64,000 nt of DNA from Laetmonice hystrix (lineage: Eukaryota), in contig OZ249438.1 in assembly GCA_965235115.1 (NCBI GenBank), forward strand, positions 8,990,001 through 9,054,000. Reading direction: 5' to 3'. Shown here one piece after another: positions 12,495 to 25,218 of this stretch (positions within the stretch are counted from its first letter, which is position 1; each line of letters begins with the position of its first letter). The notes under the pieces are model-generated. The model ran no database searches. It worked only from the letters and a program-made list of their open reading frames with translations, and was not told the DNA's origin. The position numbers and the translations under genes were made by a program.

Positions 12495-14329
12495 TAAATC
12501 CATAACTATGATGACCTGTAGCAGGCTTCTCAGTGACGGTTGTCCCTCCTTGCTGTATGTCGTGGTGGCATGGGTTAAGTCGAATATAGCGAGCAGCATT
12601 CCCATGTGTAGGCCTCTCTTGGTTTCTAGCTATGTAGAGCTAGTATTTGTACAGTTATTCAGGGCTGACCAGTGAGACACAGTTAAAGACAAACAAATCA
12701 ATGACTGCACGAATATAAGAGCAATTCAGCCTCTACAATTATACTGTATCTAGTGTCTGATTGAAGTAAGTGCTGAAAGACTTCAGGAAGAGAGCCACCC
12801 ATGACGTTATTAAGTTAACACTGGTGTGCGTGGGAGTTACAGAAACACTGAAGAAGTTTTTTGTCAATCTTTTCTAGCAGCGTTCGGAGGTTTGTAACGT
12901 TTGAAGTGGTAGACTTGTATGTTATATATATATATCTGTCTGAATATGTACCTGGAGAACGTTTTGATTTCATGGGGTTTAATGAAAGATTTGAATGGTG
13001 AGTGTTTTCTTTTTTTTGCCCAGAGTTAAGTGGCGAGTCCTGGGGAGGTTTTTTTTTCAATGTGTTTAACGTGTTAGCATACATTCCCTTGGATCACGGC
13101 ACAAACTGGAAGGAATGTACACCTAACGTTTGTAAATACTTCAGGAGGAGAAAAGGAATTGTAATGAGAGAGAGTGAGCACTTCTTATTCTGTTATGTTC
13201 TCACGCACTAAAACTGTTTAAGTTAACACTTGCATCAGCCTCGCGTAAGTTCGAGAGGGGGAAATGCGCAAGCTTTTCTAACATTTGCACCAAAGTTGGA
13301 ACAGTCAAGTTAGGGTGTGAACCAAAAAAAACCAACATGAACGGGCATGTTTGAGTATGTTTGCATCTTTATTATGGTGTCAAGTTTTTGTTAAGGCGCC
13401 AAGTATGTCATGCCTGCCAAGTAACCTTTCTTGATTTTGGGGGAGAACCTGTCGCAAAATCTGCAGGTTCATGTAATGATTCTTGTTGTATATAGCTGTT
13501 ATAACAGAGACCATCAGATTCCTTGTTTACTGGTAGCATTCGGAGCCTCACAGACATCCTTTAGGCGGATTGAGATCTAGGATCATTGCGTCATCTGATA
13601 AGGGAAGCGTTTTCGTATTAACGGCATAAATCCAAACATACATTTAAAAAAAATCCCCCCCCCCATCGCAAAATCTGATGGTGGATAGAATGGCTGAATG
13701 TGCTGTTCAGAGAGCACTGACTGGTTGTAGTAAAATACGTAGAATCGCCAACCCGCATAGGGCCTTCACGATGAGGGGTCATTCTGATTTCATCTTCTAT
13801 CAGAAGATTTCTTCTCTCTTTTTTTTTAGATGGGGGGGGGGGGGTCGGAATAGTTATATTTTGAAATGTGGGATACCCCACTCAGGTCGAGGTTCCTAGG
13901 CCCCCTTAGTGTCCCATCCCCAGCCCCGTCCTTAGAGCCGTTTATACTACTATACCCCCAACCCCCCGTCCTGGTTTAGTGTTGTATAGAGGATGATCTG
14001 TTTTGGTGGTGGGGTGCATCAAATCGTCAGGGACCTTCATCACCTTGTTGTTGTTGTAGTTGGCTGGCTTGTCTCTGACACTGTATTGCGGGTCGGCCAA
14101 CTGAAGCCAGTAACTATCACGCATACTTAACGAGATAACGAGATATTGAAGTATTTTCCCCCAAAACGTGGCCGGGTCATATTTTAGGGCGCCGTCCTTG
14201 GTTTGACTTAGTACGTTGATAAAACACAAGGGGTCGCTGGGGCTGGAGAGTCTGCCCGAGGCCGATGTATTGTGGTTCATTGTAGGTATCCTATACTGTC
14301 ATACTGTGTCACTGTACATTAATGTATGA

Positions 14330-14335
14330 AATAAA
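14330..14335 (+). terminator. Candidate distal poly(A) signal of the PAP gene (others at 9521 and 4782)
   Basis: AATAAA preceded by TGTA-rich sequence and followed by T/GT-rich sequence, just upstream of the next promoter-like region; use not demonstrable from sequence. Confidence 0.4.
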
Positions 14336-15140
14336 GGAATATATTTTACACAAGGTGTCTGATTGACTACAAGAACGGCTCCATGGCAGACATAAAGCTA
14401 CATTTAGTGGATCTTTCTAAGGCCATGGAAATCAAAGGTTTTTGACATCTGTGAAGGTCTTAACTGACAACTCATTTAAACTGACAACAGTTGTCAATAT
14501 AGTGCTGATAATCGCTAATATGAACTGATTCTCCATGACAGGAATGTAGCCTGCATTGCTTCTCACAACCAAAGATATTGGCAGTGCATATTTTGTTGTT
14601 TTGTGTGTTGCATCAATATACTTGGAATACCTGTAAGAACAATATTATTAGGGAAAATCATGACGTGGAACCTTTATTTCTATAGTGCCTTTCAAGGAAA
14701 GCAATTATCGTTAGGTGCTACCATCTCCTGAATCAGTTCAAATTAGTGATTACTATTCCAGCGGCTAGTAGTCATTATTTGTCAGTTTAGACCTTAAAAA
14801 GAAGTAGGCCGACCGGTACGCCAACTTGTGTCGAATTGTAGGAATGCTTGCGAACTCAAATCTTCGTATTGATAAATGACATGGTGAACCTGTCTTACTG
14901 GCCAGGCTAAATATTGGAAATTGTAGGAATAAGTAGGCTACATTAAGGTCCTATACTTTAGAAAACCGCTCGTTTTGATGGGGGAGGGGGGGGGGGGGGT
15001 CTATATGGCCCCATGGCGCTGAACGCTGGGATAGAAGACGTCCTACCTCGGCTCCTGCCCTTGTCATCTTTATCTTTCTGTATACCTTACATTTGCCCCT
15101 CCCCTCCCCTTCCAATAACATCCTTAGACGCCCTTAAATA

Positions 15141-15950
15141 GGGCGGAGGGGAGAAATTGTGGCCAGCTCAGTCTTGACGCCCTTGGGCACCACTTAATGG
15201 CGGGAACTGTACGGGTAGAAAATATTGGTTCACGTTTCTGCCACTAGCTGTCGCCTTGTTTGCATTTACCAATCAGGTGCACTATATTATCGACATCTTA
15301 TTGGCCAACTTCGGCCTTATCCTTATTCAACATGGAGGCTGTGGCAGAGGTATCTTCGCTGCATTCATTATCAATATCACAAATTATCTATTGTTAAAAA
15401 TCAAGGAATCTCGTCTTTTCGCCGCGATTCGGACAAACGGTGGTGTTTGTCTGGTCGAGAGAGAGGAAAGCGGACGTGGCGGTGGACAGAGCGGCGAGAG
15501 GAGGGCACGATACCGGGGGAGGGCTGGCGAGGTTCGGTCAGTGGAGAGCGCCAACGGAGGCCTGCCTCCTGCCGACCGCCAGGCAGTGCTGCTGCTGCTG
15601 GTGCTGCTGCTGCTGCCAGATGCAAACACAGCCCGTCATGCAGCCAGCACGTCTTGCAGCTATACTATACCATCAAAATGGAGCCGAACCCTTGTGAATA
15701 CGAGTCGACGGTGTGGCCGTGTGTTGGAGAGGAGGAGGAGGCGGCGGTAGGTCGTGGAGGGCTCCGGGTATAGGAGGGAGGACACGGCCGGCCGGGGGGC
15801 ACCTGGACCGGACGGCCGGACAGCCAGTCCGGAGCGGTTATAGCAGGGCCGGCCACGGCGTCGGCGGAGGTCTGCCCGCCCACCGCCCGACCGACCTCAC
15901 GGTCTCAGTCAGTCAGTCACTCGGTGTGTACTGAACGTCAGTCTGTGAGT
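15141..15950 (+). promoter_or_regulatory. Probable promoter / CpG-rich 5' region of the RGS gene
   Basis: GGGCGG (15141), GGCGGGAA E2F-like (15199), ATTGG (15224), CCAAT (15269), then a CpG-rich tract; strong CAG|GTAAG donor at 16204/16205 suggests a non-coding first exon. Confidence 0.5.
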
Positions 15951-17276
15951 GTGTCTGCATGCTGGTGGAGTCAGTCAGCCAGCCGTCCATCCCCCACCAA
16001 ACAAGATGGAGCAGCGGATGGTCGCCGTTCTACTACTAGCTTTTCCTACCAGCCAAAGCGTTCGTCGATCTAGAAGCGTGGCGGTGAACTGCAGTCATCA
16101 GGCCCTGCTGCTGGGCCCATAATAAAGGAACTAGACGCAGTCTAAAATATCACCCACAGAGCCCCCAAGATTTGCTCCTCGAAACGGGTCGGCAATGGTG
16201 GCAGGTAAGGAGACGAGATGCTGCTCAGAGGAGGAACGAAAGAGCGTTTAGGTTATAATCTCTGTATGATGATTAATATGAAGTGTCCCCTAGGACCCAT
16301 TATTTGAATCGTCCTCTACCACGACAGTCACAGCTGCTGGCTGGGTGGGCGTTACGCCTGCTATAGGACAACAGTTCTACTGCTCCCAGCTCAAGCAATC
16401 AGCACTGCTCCTCCCGGCAGCAGCTGCAGCTTTGAGTGCTCAGCCAGCATGGCCAAGTGGGCCAGGCACAGATGATGAACAAACGTTTAAAATTTAGCTG
16501 ATACCTAGAGAAAGAAAGGGAGAGAGAATGAGAAAGATGTACTAAGGCTACTACATACATGTATGTATTACATACGGCGGCGCCACTGCCGCATTGACTA
16601 GACCAACAACATCAGCATCATCGCCATCATCATTAACATCATCACCATCCTTGGGTATTTATTTAGCACGGCGCCAGGTTTCAGTGATAAGTTCCACCGT
16701 CGGATTCACAGCCCCTTGGAAGCCTTATATTATCGGATTGTGAACAACAGCAGCAGCAGCTAGCCCAGACGTTAGCTGTGCACTGGAAAGCTACCCGATG
16801 TCCAAGCCAATCCTGGCTTTACCAGTCTGCCTATGGCTTGTCTGCCGTCTCCAGCCCAAACTGCCTGCTGCTGCCCAATGGCTCCATCTAGCCAGCTAGC
16901 ATGGGATTTACTTGAATGGCCGTCTGGGTAGCTCCTCCCCTTCCTTCCTTTCTTCCTTCCTACCTTTAAAACCACACTGCAGTCCCATTTCCTGACCTTT
17001 GCATACGTAAGCCAGCCGAACACAGAAATTGCCCTGCCTCCACCATTGGATGTGACATACTGCCGACCTTCAAGTCAAAGACAGTCTAGCTCCTGCCAGT
17101 GCCTTGGGTTTCCTGTAAAATATTTCTGTGCAACCCCACAACCCCCACAAGAAAGAAAAAAAACTTGCCCCCCAGCCACCCACCCGCATTGACTACAGGA
17201 GGGTGGGTGAAGATCTACACATTGAGTGGAGTCGGGGACTACCTATTTCACAACCACACAACCCTGTCGAACCAAC

Positions 17277-17387
17277 ATGGCACATAGGTACAGCAAAAGG
17301 AATGAGTCAACCAGTAGTAAGACCTCAAACGGAGAACCGCAGCCAAGGGAAACCGAAGATAACCCTAACATGATCGTCTATCGCAAG
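17277..17387 (+). CDS. RGS7: R7-family regulator of G-protein signalling, first coding exon
   Basis: CCAACATGG start with upstream in-frame TGA; MAHRYSKRNESTSSKTSNGEPQPRETEDNPNMIVYRK matches RGS7 ...DESPNMLVYRK; GTAAG donor, phase 0. Confidence 0.9.
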
Positions 17388-20300
17388 GTAAGCCACAATA
17401 TCACGCCTTTCTTTCATCCATTCACTTCCAGCCAACCTGTCTTTCATCCATTCTCACCTGGCTGTCTTTGAATCTGAAAGCAGGTGCTTCAGATGTTTTT
17501 CTTTGCCAACATCCCCCCTCCCGTCTCCCCACCCCCACCCCCCACCCCACATACACACAGACAGCATTCGTAGGGTGGTACTGTCATCCTCTTTTGTGCT
17601 GGCAAATCGACAGGAGATTTTCCCCCCAGAGAGATCTTGGGTCAAAGGGAGACAGTCTCTGTCAAGCTGAGAAGCTTGCCTTACCTGTATGCCCTTGTGC
17701 TTGGCCTTTCCCTGGTTTAGTCGTCTCTTGTGGATGACAGAAATTCAGAATGACTTGCCAGTCACCTACCTGGTAGACCGCCAAGGTCTCCTGTAGACTG
17801 CAGGATGTTACCTTATGAGGAGAGTAACAATGCTAGAAGGTGGGTGAGGGGTGGGGTAGAATAGCATACCATAGCACAGTCCCCTAGAACAGGGTATCGA
17901 CTAATTAACTGGTAGGATTGGAGTTCTATGTGTACTTTGAATTTATGAGATACAGTCCAAGTGAGTACATTCTCAGCTTGACCTTGATTAACCTTACAAG
18001 GTCATTCAATGTAACTTTAGGGAAATGGTGACAAATAAAACGATAACTTGCTACCCATCGTTTAGTACAGGTTATCTTGAACACTTCAATGCAGATACAG
18101 CCAATTGAACCATCTGACTTCCTTCTCTTCCTATCCAGGATCAATTGCTCCAAATGTGTTTACATCCAAGATGGCCACCGCGTGGTCATTTTGAATAATA
18201 TCACAAATCTGTTCCTGATCATTGTGGGAAGCAAAATTAGAAGCCCCTGCCCCGGGTTGGGGGCTTAAATTTTTTTTTTTAAATGTTCCCTGTAATTGAT
18301 TTTCTTTTCTTTTTTTTGGGGGGGGGGGGGGGGGCTCCACCCCAAAACAGGTCTGCAAGAAGCCCTGACAGGCATAAATTTCTCCGTATCATTCATGATT
18401 GTGGATTTTGAAGTGCAATTTATTACAGCTTTATAGAGCATTTGCAAAAGAGTAACTTAGTGTAATTAACTTGAAGCGTATTTGTTATTGATGCATATGT
18501 TCTTTTGGTGCCAGAAACAGTTTTGTACAGAAAGATTGTACAGAAAGAAAGGTCTTGCCTTCGTTAACTTGACAACCTTCATTTCAGGCAACATGAGCCA
18601 CAGGCTCTTATTGATAAAAGACCGACCAGACAACCAGGCTGCATAATCTTAACATTTCTCTTACAAACAGGGATCTTTTAGTGCTGTATTTTATTGGTAT
18701 GATATAAATGTTTAATATAATATACCGGTATATATGTACAGCAACCATAAATCATTTCGTACATGTAGTTAAATAGGCATTACATCCGATATAACATTAA
18801 CAATTTACATGGTTTATAGTTACAACCAATTGTTGATCTTAGAGATCTCTGGGTGAAGAGTTTACGGGCGTAGTACTGCCTTTCTAATCGGAGCATCACG
18901 ACTGAAGAAACGTTGTCCTTTCATGAATTCCATGAAGCTAAATTCTCCTGTCTTGGGATCCTAAACTTGTACAGATGAGTAATGTATGTACCAAGCAAAT
19001 GTTGAAATTGACATGGAATAAAAAGATAGTATACAAAGTCGTAATAAATAACATGTATTGTAATGATATCAGAATTTTGTACAGGATCCTTTACTCCATG
19101 CAGCTAAGGAATTGGGATTTCATATTGAAAATTCATATCGATGTGCAATATGGATTTCTGATGGGATTCGGCCTGAGTAGAAGGAGTACCTTGTTATTTG
19201 TGATCATGTGATGGGATCTAAAGACGTTGTGAAACCTCCACAGAGAGGGTTACCAACACTCTCCAAGTCGATCTTATCACTGATGCGGAACCCTCTGGAG
19301 GAGAGATTGCAATCCCAGCTGTGAAATCTTGGCAGGAAGGTTGGACGGGAACGATGATACATCCACGCTGTGCCTGACCGACCTTTTGGTATAAATATAA
19401 TAGCATATGCACTGGATCTTGATACTTTGATACATAAATGCACTACTTTTCATGCTTCAGAGATACTCAAATATGTGATTAAAAATATAAAAGTACAACG
19501 TAGTCAGTCACGATTATGAGGTTGTATATTCGTACATATAGAGGTGGTAGGTTGACCTTGGCATGACAACCCAATTATGATGAAACTCGATTTTGACCAA
19601 CATGAGGCAAATATATGCAGAGTGAGAGTCATAACATAGAGAAAAGGAGAAAGACAGACAGATAAGGACGGGGGGGGGGAGATAGAGCGTACTAGTAACT
19701 AGTAATAAATCTTCCTTAGATATATAAGATGGAAGATTTCCCCAAGGTACTGTTGTAGCTGATCATCAACGACTTGCACGAAAGGTAGGCTACAAAACAT
19801 CTTTACAGTACAGGTAGTAAGGGAAGGTTGACAGGTTTTCTCTCAGGCAGCAGGTAGGCCTGAGTAACGAGGCCTGATTAAGTGATGTCTTAAAACGTAA
19901 TTAGGAGACACCAAATGCTTGCCAGCTGTTTAAGGTTTAAGGTGCGACTGTTGCAGAGAAATATTGAATTAATTTACGCTCTCCGCAAAAGGCACCTTGA
20001 CAGACGCGGAACTGGTGCGCCAACGTTTTTTTTCTCCCTTCATTCCCTGTGAAAGCCCAGGCAGGCATGTACTAAGTACCATGCTTAGACTTAACAGCCA
20101 AATCCTATTTTATGAGTAAAGATGAAGAAGTTGGAGTCACCACACCATAATGGTGTTTCCTGAGCCATTAGGTAAGGGCTGAAATCAAAACACGACTTGG
20201 TCTTGCTTTCCTTCCCATTTTTCTAAACTTTAGAAGACTACGGTTGAGAAATCGCGTTTTGAGTTTTAAGGTTTTGAGCGAGATTATAACGTGCCTCCAA

Positions 20301-21246
20301 GATTGCGGCATTTTCTTTCGTGTTAAATATAAATTTTCATGCATGTATAGCTAGCTACAAGACATATGTATAAACGGGCATTCGGCTGATCCCCCCAGTG
20401 GTGGCATTCCTATAAGATTTTGTGCAAAAAATAAATAATAAACCAAACCCTAGCTCCTGACCGTGGTTCTCCGAGCACCTCAAGCCCAGATATTGTGGAA
20501 TCGGGGACGATCCGGGCAGTTAGATGGAGACAAGAGCTTAATACCTTCTGATATAGGTCGGTGTGGTGGGTCAGATGTGGGTTTTGTCTAACATTGGTGG
20601 AAAGGAGGATGTTATGTTGATACCTTGAATTCTGATTAAAAAAGTATAGACAAAAGCTCAAGAGGGCATAATTTCGGTTAGTATATCATGTACAGTACAT
20701 ACATGTAATGCATATTATACTGAAAATAAAACAGTGCGGCGTGGAACAAGGAAGCTTGCACCATCACATCTTGGCACGCCTAGAGTACTGGTGGAGAGGA
20801 AATAGAGACAGGAAGCGCAATAGGAGATTGAAATGAGGACATCTGTCAGTCAAGACGATCCTCCAGTTCTTACCCATCCCTCCTCCGTTTTACACTGACC
20901 CTGCTGGCATGAATCAACATGGCAATGTGTAAACACCAACAGCTTTGCTATCATTATGATTTGTAGCAGACAGTGATCGATGGGCCAGGTTTTCCCATGA
21001 GTCACATTTGTTAGACAAAGTTATGAGTTTGGATCTTTGTCTCCGGGTTATGTTGTTCCTGGTGTAGACATGTTTGGAGAGGTTGGCGAAGATAACTCAA
21101 AGTGTGATGGTGATCAACATCCGGGTGAGTGGGAAGATGTACGTTAGTTAGCTTGGCATCCTGGTGGCGACTTAGAAACGATCTTCTAAGGCGGTCGGCG
21201 TTTGGAAAGTGGGTCTGCTTGGTGACCACGGAAATGTGTGGGTTCA

Positions 21247-21410
21247 GGGCCCGGTTTTTAGTTTGCAAACCGAGTCTTAAGATTCTTAAGACTGAATTCC
21301 TGTTTCAGAGCTTCTAATTGGTCTTTCAAATGAAGTCAGCCAATGAGAGACTATAACACAAGTCAGTCTTAAAATTCCAGTCTTAAGATGACGAACTAAA
21401 AACCGGGCCC
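21247..21410. mobile_element. MITE with GGGCCCGGTTT termini (Harbinger-like)
   Basis: 17-bp TIR GGGCCCGGTTTTTAGTT / AACTAAAAACCGGGCCC, internal inverted GTCTTAAGAC motifs; TSD not clean. Confidence 0.7.
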
Positions 21411-21463
21411 GTGGGTGTCTGTCTCTTGGTCTCTCCATATCTGTCTTCCCTGTCTGCGGGTGT

Positions 21464-21571
21464 CTGTCTGTGGTCCAAGGGCGTAGACCTGTCTCCCTGT
21501 CTGTGGTCCAGGGGCGTAGACCTGTCTCCCTGTCTGTGGTCCAGGGGCGTAGACCTGTCTCCCTGTCTGTC
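21464..21571. repeat. 33-bp tandem repeat, 3 copies plus partial
   Basis: CTGTCTGTGGTCCAGGGGCGTAGACCTGTCTCC repeated. Confidence 0.9.
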
Positions 21572-22714
21572 TCCGTAGGAAACTTATAATCGTTCAGCGG
21601 ATTGCAAAGGACTAAACTTATCATTTAAGGTCAGTCAGTCGAAGTTTTAGTCATGTTTGCACTTGAATGAAGAGGAGGGGCCTTTCCTGTGTCTAGGTAA
21701 TTAAAGGCCTTAACCCCTTAACCCCCCCCCCCACACACACACACACACACTCCAGTTTCAAATCTCGTTTTTCTTCCTGTCTTAACATTTTGCGACATTC
21801 TCTGAAACAAAGAATTTCTTAAGGCCGGCCTCCTTTATTTTGCGTTTCCTGCTGAGCGACTTGAATTGACAGGTTTATTACAACAGGCTGAAGTGACAAC
21901 ATGAAACCCCCATTTAGTCGATTCTCACCTCCTGTTACAGAGAGCATACGTTTACTGCCGTTTTTTGTGATGTCATAAACGCCATGGCCGATTGTGCCCT
22001 GCCGTTCACGGTGATTAATTGTTGAAGCATGTATTTTGTACGTCGACATGATTTCTTAATGACTCCAGCCTTTGTGGAAGGCGTCCAAGTTAAGCTGTAG
22101 GTTTAGCGAGCAAACTGCCGGAATACATATTTGATGACATCTTTTTGTGCCGGTGTAGTGGCCGGGGCTAGTTACGGCAGCCTATCACTCACCCACCTTG
22201 GGGTGGTACTCGCACATGATCCCATAATTCTGTACGTGTAGGGAGGGGGGGGGGAGAACGTTGAGCTCTTCACGCTGACATGCATGCCTGCACACATGGT
22301 GACACACACGTGTTTGGTGTGCACATACAGGTGAAAGTTTCATCATAACCACAATCTTGGAAATTGCAGACTGCAATTTATACTTTTTTGACGTTTTTGT
22401 GAACAGCGGCCTTACAATGGATTGTAAATGTAATAGCCCCCCCCCCTCACCAAAAAAACCCACCCAACATATAGATACTGCTTTCAACCAGTCCCATACA
22501 TGCATGTGATTTATCTTTTTAAGATCTTCCTGCCGTGTACCCGCTCGGAAGTAATTTGTGAACAGCCACTAAAAACAAACTGTTGTAGGTCAGGTTCATG
22601 TAATCCGCCTTGAAGGAGAGGTTTTTGGTAGGACGACCCTTGTGGTATAATTTGCAAATTTTGGATCACCTGTCGTTGGAAGTTCAGATCTCTTCCTAGG
22701 TAACATACCAGTGG

Positions 22715-23195
22715 ATGTTGTGATCCATAATTAGGTCACATCATAGGATGCTTGGATCTATAATTAGGTCATCCGTCATAGGATCTTTGGATCCATAACT
22801 ATGTAACCTCGCCTGTCATTGGAAGCTTAAGGCCGTAGAATTAGGTCAACCATCTATGAATGCTTTGATCCATACCAAGGTGTTCTGTCATGGAATGTTT
22901 GGATCTATAACAGGTTACGTATGACATGCGTCTGTCCATAACTAGGTCACATGTGATTGAATACTTGGATCCACAACTAGATCACCCATCAGTGCACTTG
23001 TCATTGGCTGCTTGGACCAATAAATAGGTCACCCATCATTGGATGCTTGGACCTGTAAGTATGTCCCCTGCCATTGGATGCTTGGACCATAACTAGGTCA
23101 CCCATCAATTAATCTCTGATTGGATGCTTGGGCCCATAAGTAGGTCACCCTCATTGGATGCTTGGACCATAACTAGGTCACCCACTATTGAATGC
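22715..23195. repeat. Degenerate ~35-45-bp minisatellite
   Basis: Recurrent TTGGATGCTTGGACCATAACTAGGTCACCCATCA-like unit, about 11-12 decayed copies. Confidence 0.8.
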
Positions 23196-25038
23196 AGTGA
23201 ATCTAACCACATATGTCACGTTGCTGCACACGTCAGATAGGGATTATCTCCATGAGATTGATGATTTGATCTCCTGATCGTCTAGTGTCGGAGAATTAGC
23301 CGATCCGTAGACTAATCCTTCAGCGCTCATCCCCGCCATCATGCCTGCCCAGTTCTTGCCATTGCTTTTCGTCAGACATTACCCTAGTACCAAAATGAAA
23401 AAAAAAACATGTACTGATGGAACTAAGAGAGGTAAACTAAAAGTTGTTGAGACTCTTATGTAAATTAGAAGTGATGAAAGATCTTCTCCTCTCTTACTCT
23501 GTGAGATTTCCTCAAGATCTTTAATAGTCATGAATTTCGAAATAACAAACACAACAACCAAAAAAAAAACTGGTCAAAAAGAAGCGTTCTCCGTCTATTG
23601 CTATATGTATTCACCTTTGAAGTCACTGTCTCCCTGTAGCCTGGTGCACCAAGTCACCTCTGAGCCTGTACCAGTGTACCTTGTGTGGCGTCAAGCTCTA
23701 ACATTAGCCAGGCACGTTCAGGTCACACACGGTAGTGTTAGGTAGCGCTGAGGGAGAAATATCCCTGGGCCTTAAATATTGCACGCTGGTACCACCTGAC
23801 GTGCATAATCACTGCCAGGGGGCAGCACTAACGATAGCAGTTTATCCCATTAAGCTATACAGGTGCTAATAAGCCGAAAAAATATTATCTAGCTATATTC
23901 TATAGCCATTAAGTAGATGTTTCTTGGTTTTAATAAAAATACAGACCAGTTGTATAACTACACTTTTAGACAACAATATCTCTATCATTGTAGTGCCCCG
24001 CCCCGCCCATCAAGAACGTAGAAATTCCAGAGACGTTTTGGCATTCTCCATCATCAAACCTTCGTGTTAGGGACCATAATGACAACCCTACTTGAGGCAA
24101 CTCCATTAGTTTTCTGTCTTCTGACCTTTATTAAATGATATCAAAATAAAAATGTCAAATTATCTTAGTTTATATATTTTCTTAAATATTGTTTGTCACC
24201 CTGTTAATAATTTGGTAAAGAGTCCATGTAATCTATCTACAGTCCAAACACCCATTGAATGGCATTCATGAAAATTCGCCATGTTGCAAACAGCCAGAAA
24301 GTGGAGAAGAATACTGTTAACTCGAACTAAGTTGTCTGTATGAGTGTGTGACTCCAGTTTAGATAGGGTCACGCGGTGACTGGTAATATGCGGGTGATAC
24401 TGGGTGGGTGCAGTCAGAGTAAAACGGTGCCCATTATATAGCCGGCAAACGGAAAGGATCTTCTCGTAAATTCTGTCGCAAATAGATAATTCTAGTCGCA
24501 CGTGGCGACTTGGCAAGTGGCAAATGCCAGGCACGCAGAGAGAAAGATAGGGAAAGAGACAGAAAGATAGATAGAGCCAGCATTATACACAAGCTGTCAA
24601 TCAATATATTTGCACCTGTACCGAATAAAACGACGCATGATTAGTAAGTGAAGAGCTACGATACCTACGTATGGACACCAATCTCAAACTCAGGCCGTTA
24701 AGATTTCTCATTATAAGACACGGTTGTAAGGGTAAAATTCAGTTTGTGCACTTTTAGGGTTACGGATGTAGAATCGAACTCCTAGATAGAGTTACATCAT
24801 AGGTTCCTGTCATGATTAACTTATGTCACCAGTATTCAATAGAGGAGAGATACCGTGCCAAATCGTAATATCACGAAGTAAGTATCAGGTTTATAGCTGA
24901 GAACGTTTATTCTGGTGGTTTGATGCACTGTGGCCAATGCGTTCTAAAATAATTCCCCGACAAGCAAAAACACTAGGATTCCTAACTTGATGGTTACGAT
25001 TTGATAATTAATCGTTTTGCGAGTTTATGCTATCACTC

Positions 25039-25218
25039 CAGGGTTTCCTGCAGACCTTTTTTTTTTGGGGGGGGATTCTCCCCCATTATTCAGCTACTCC
25101 CCCCCCCCAAAAAAAAAATTCCAAGGGGAAATATTTTGCATTACTCTCCCCCCCCCCCAAACTCGCAGCATCCCCCCCCCCCCCAAAAAAAAAAGTCGAA
25201 AATCTCCAGGAAAGCCTG
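25039..25218 (+). mobile_element. hAT-like MITE with 5-bp TSD, copy 1
   Basis: Termini CAGGGTTTCCTGCAG / CTCCAGGAAAGCCTG; flanks CACTC|...|CACTC; homologous to 33512-33694. Confidence 0.8.

Noticed and set aside
13942-14280. 112-aa minus-strand ORF with ATG
   Set aside because: No recognisable family; lies in the probable PAP 3' UTR/intergenic region; a BLAST or Ribo-seq hit would be needed
15225-15773. 182-aa and 164-aa ORFs at the GC-rich island
   Set aside because: Non-ATG starts, low complexity, no recognisable domain; better explained as promoter/5' UTR
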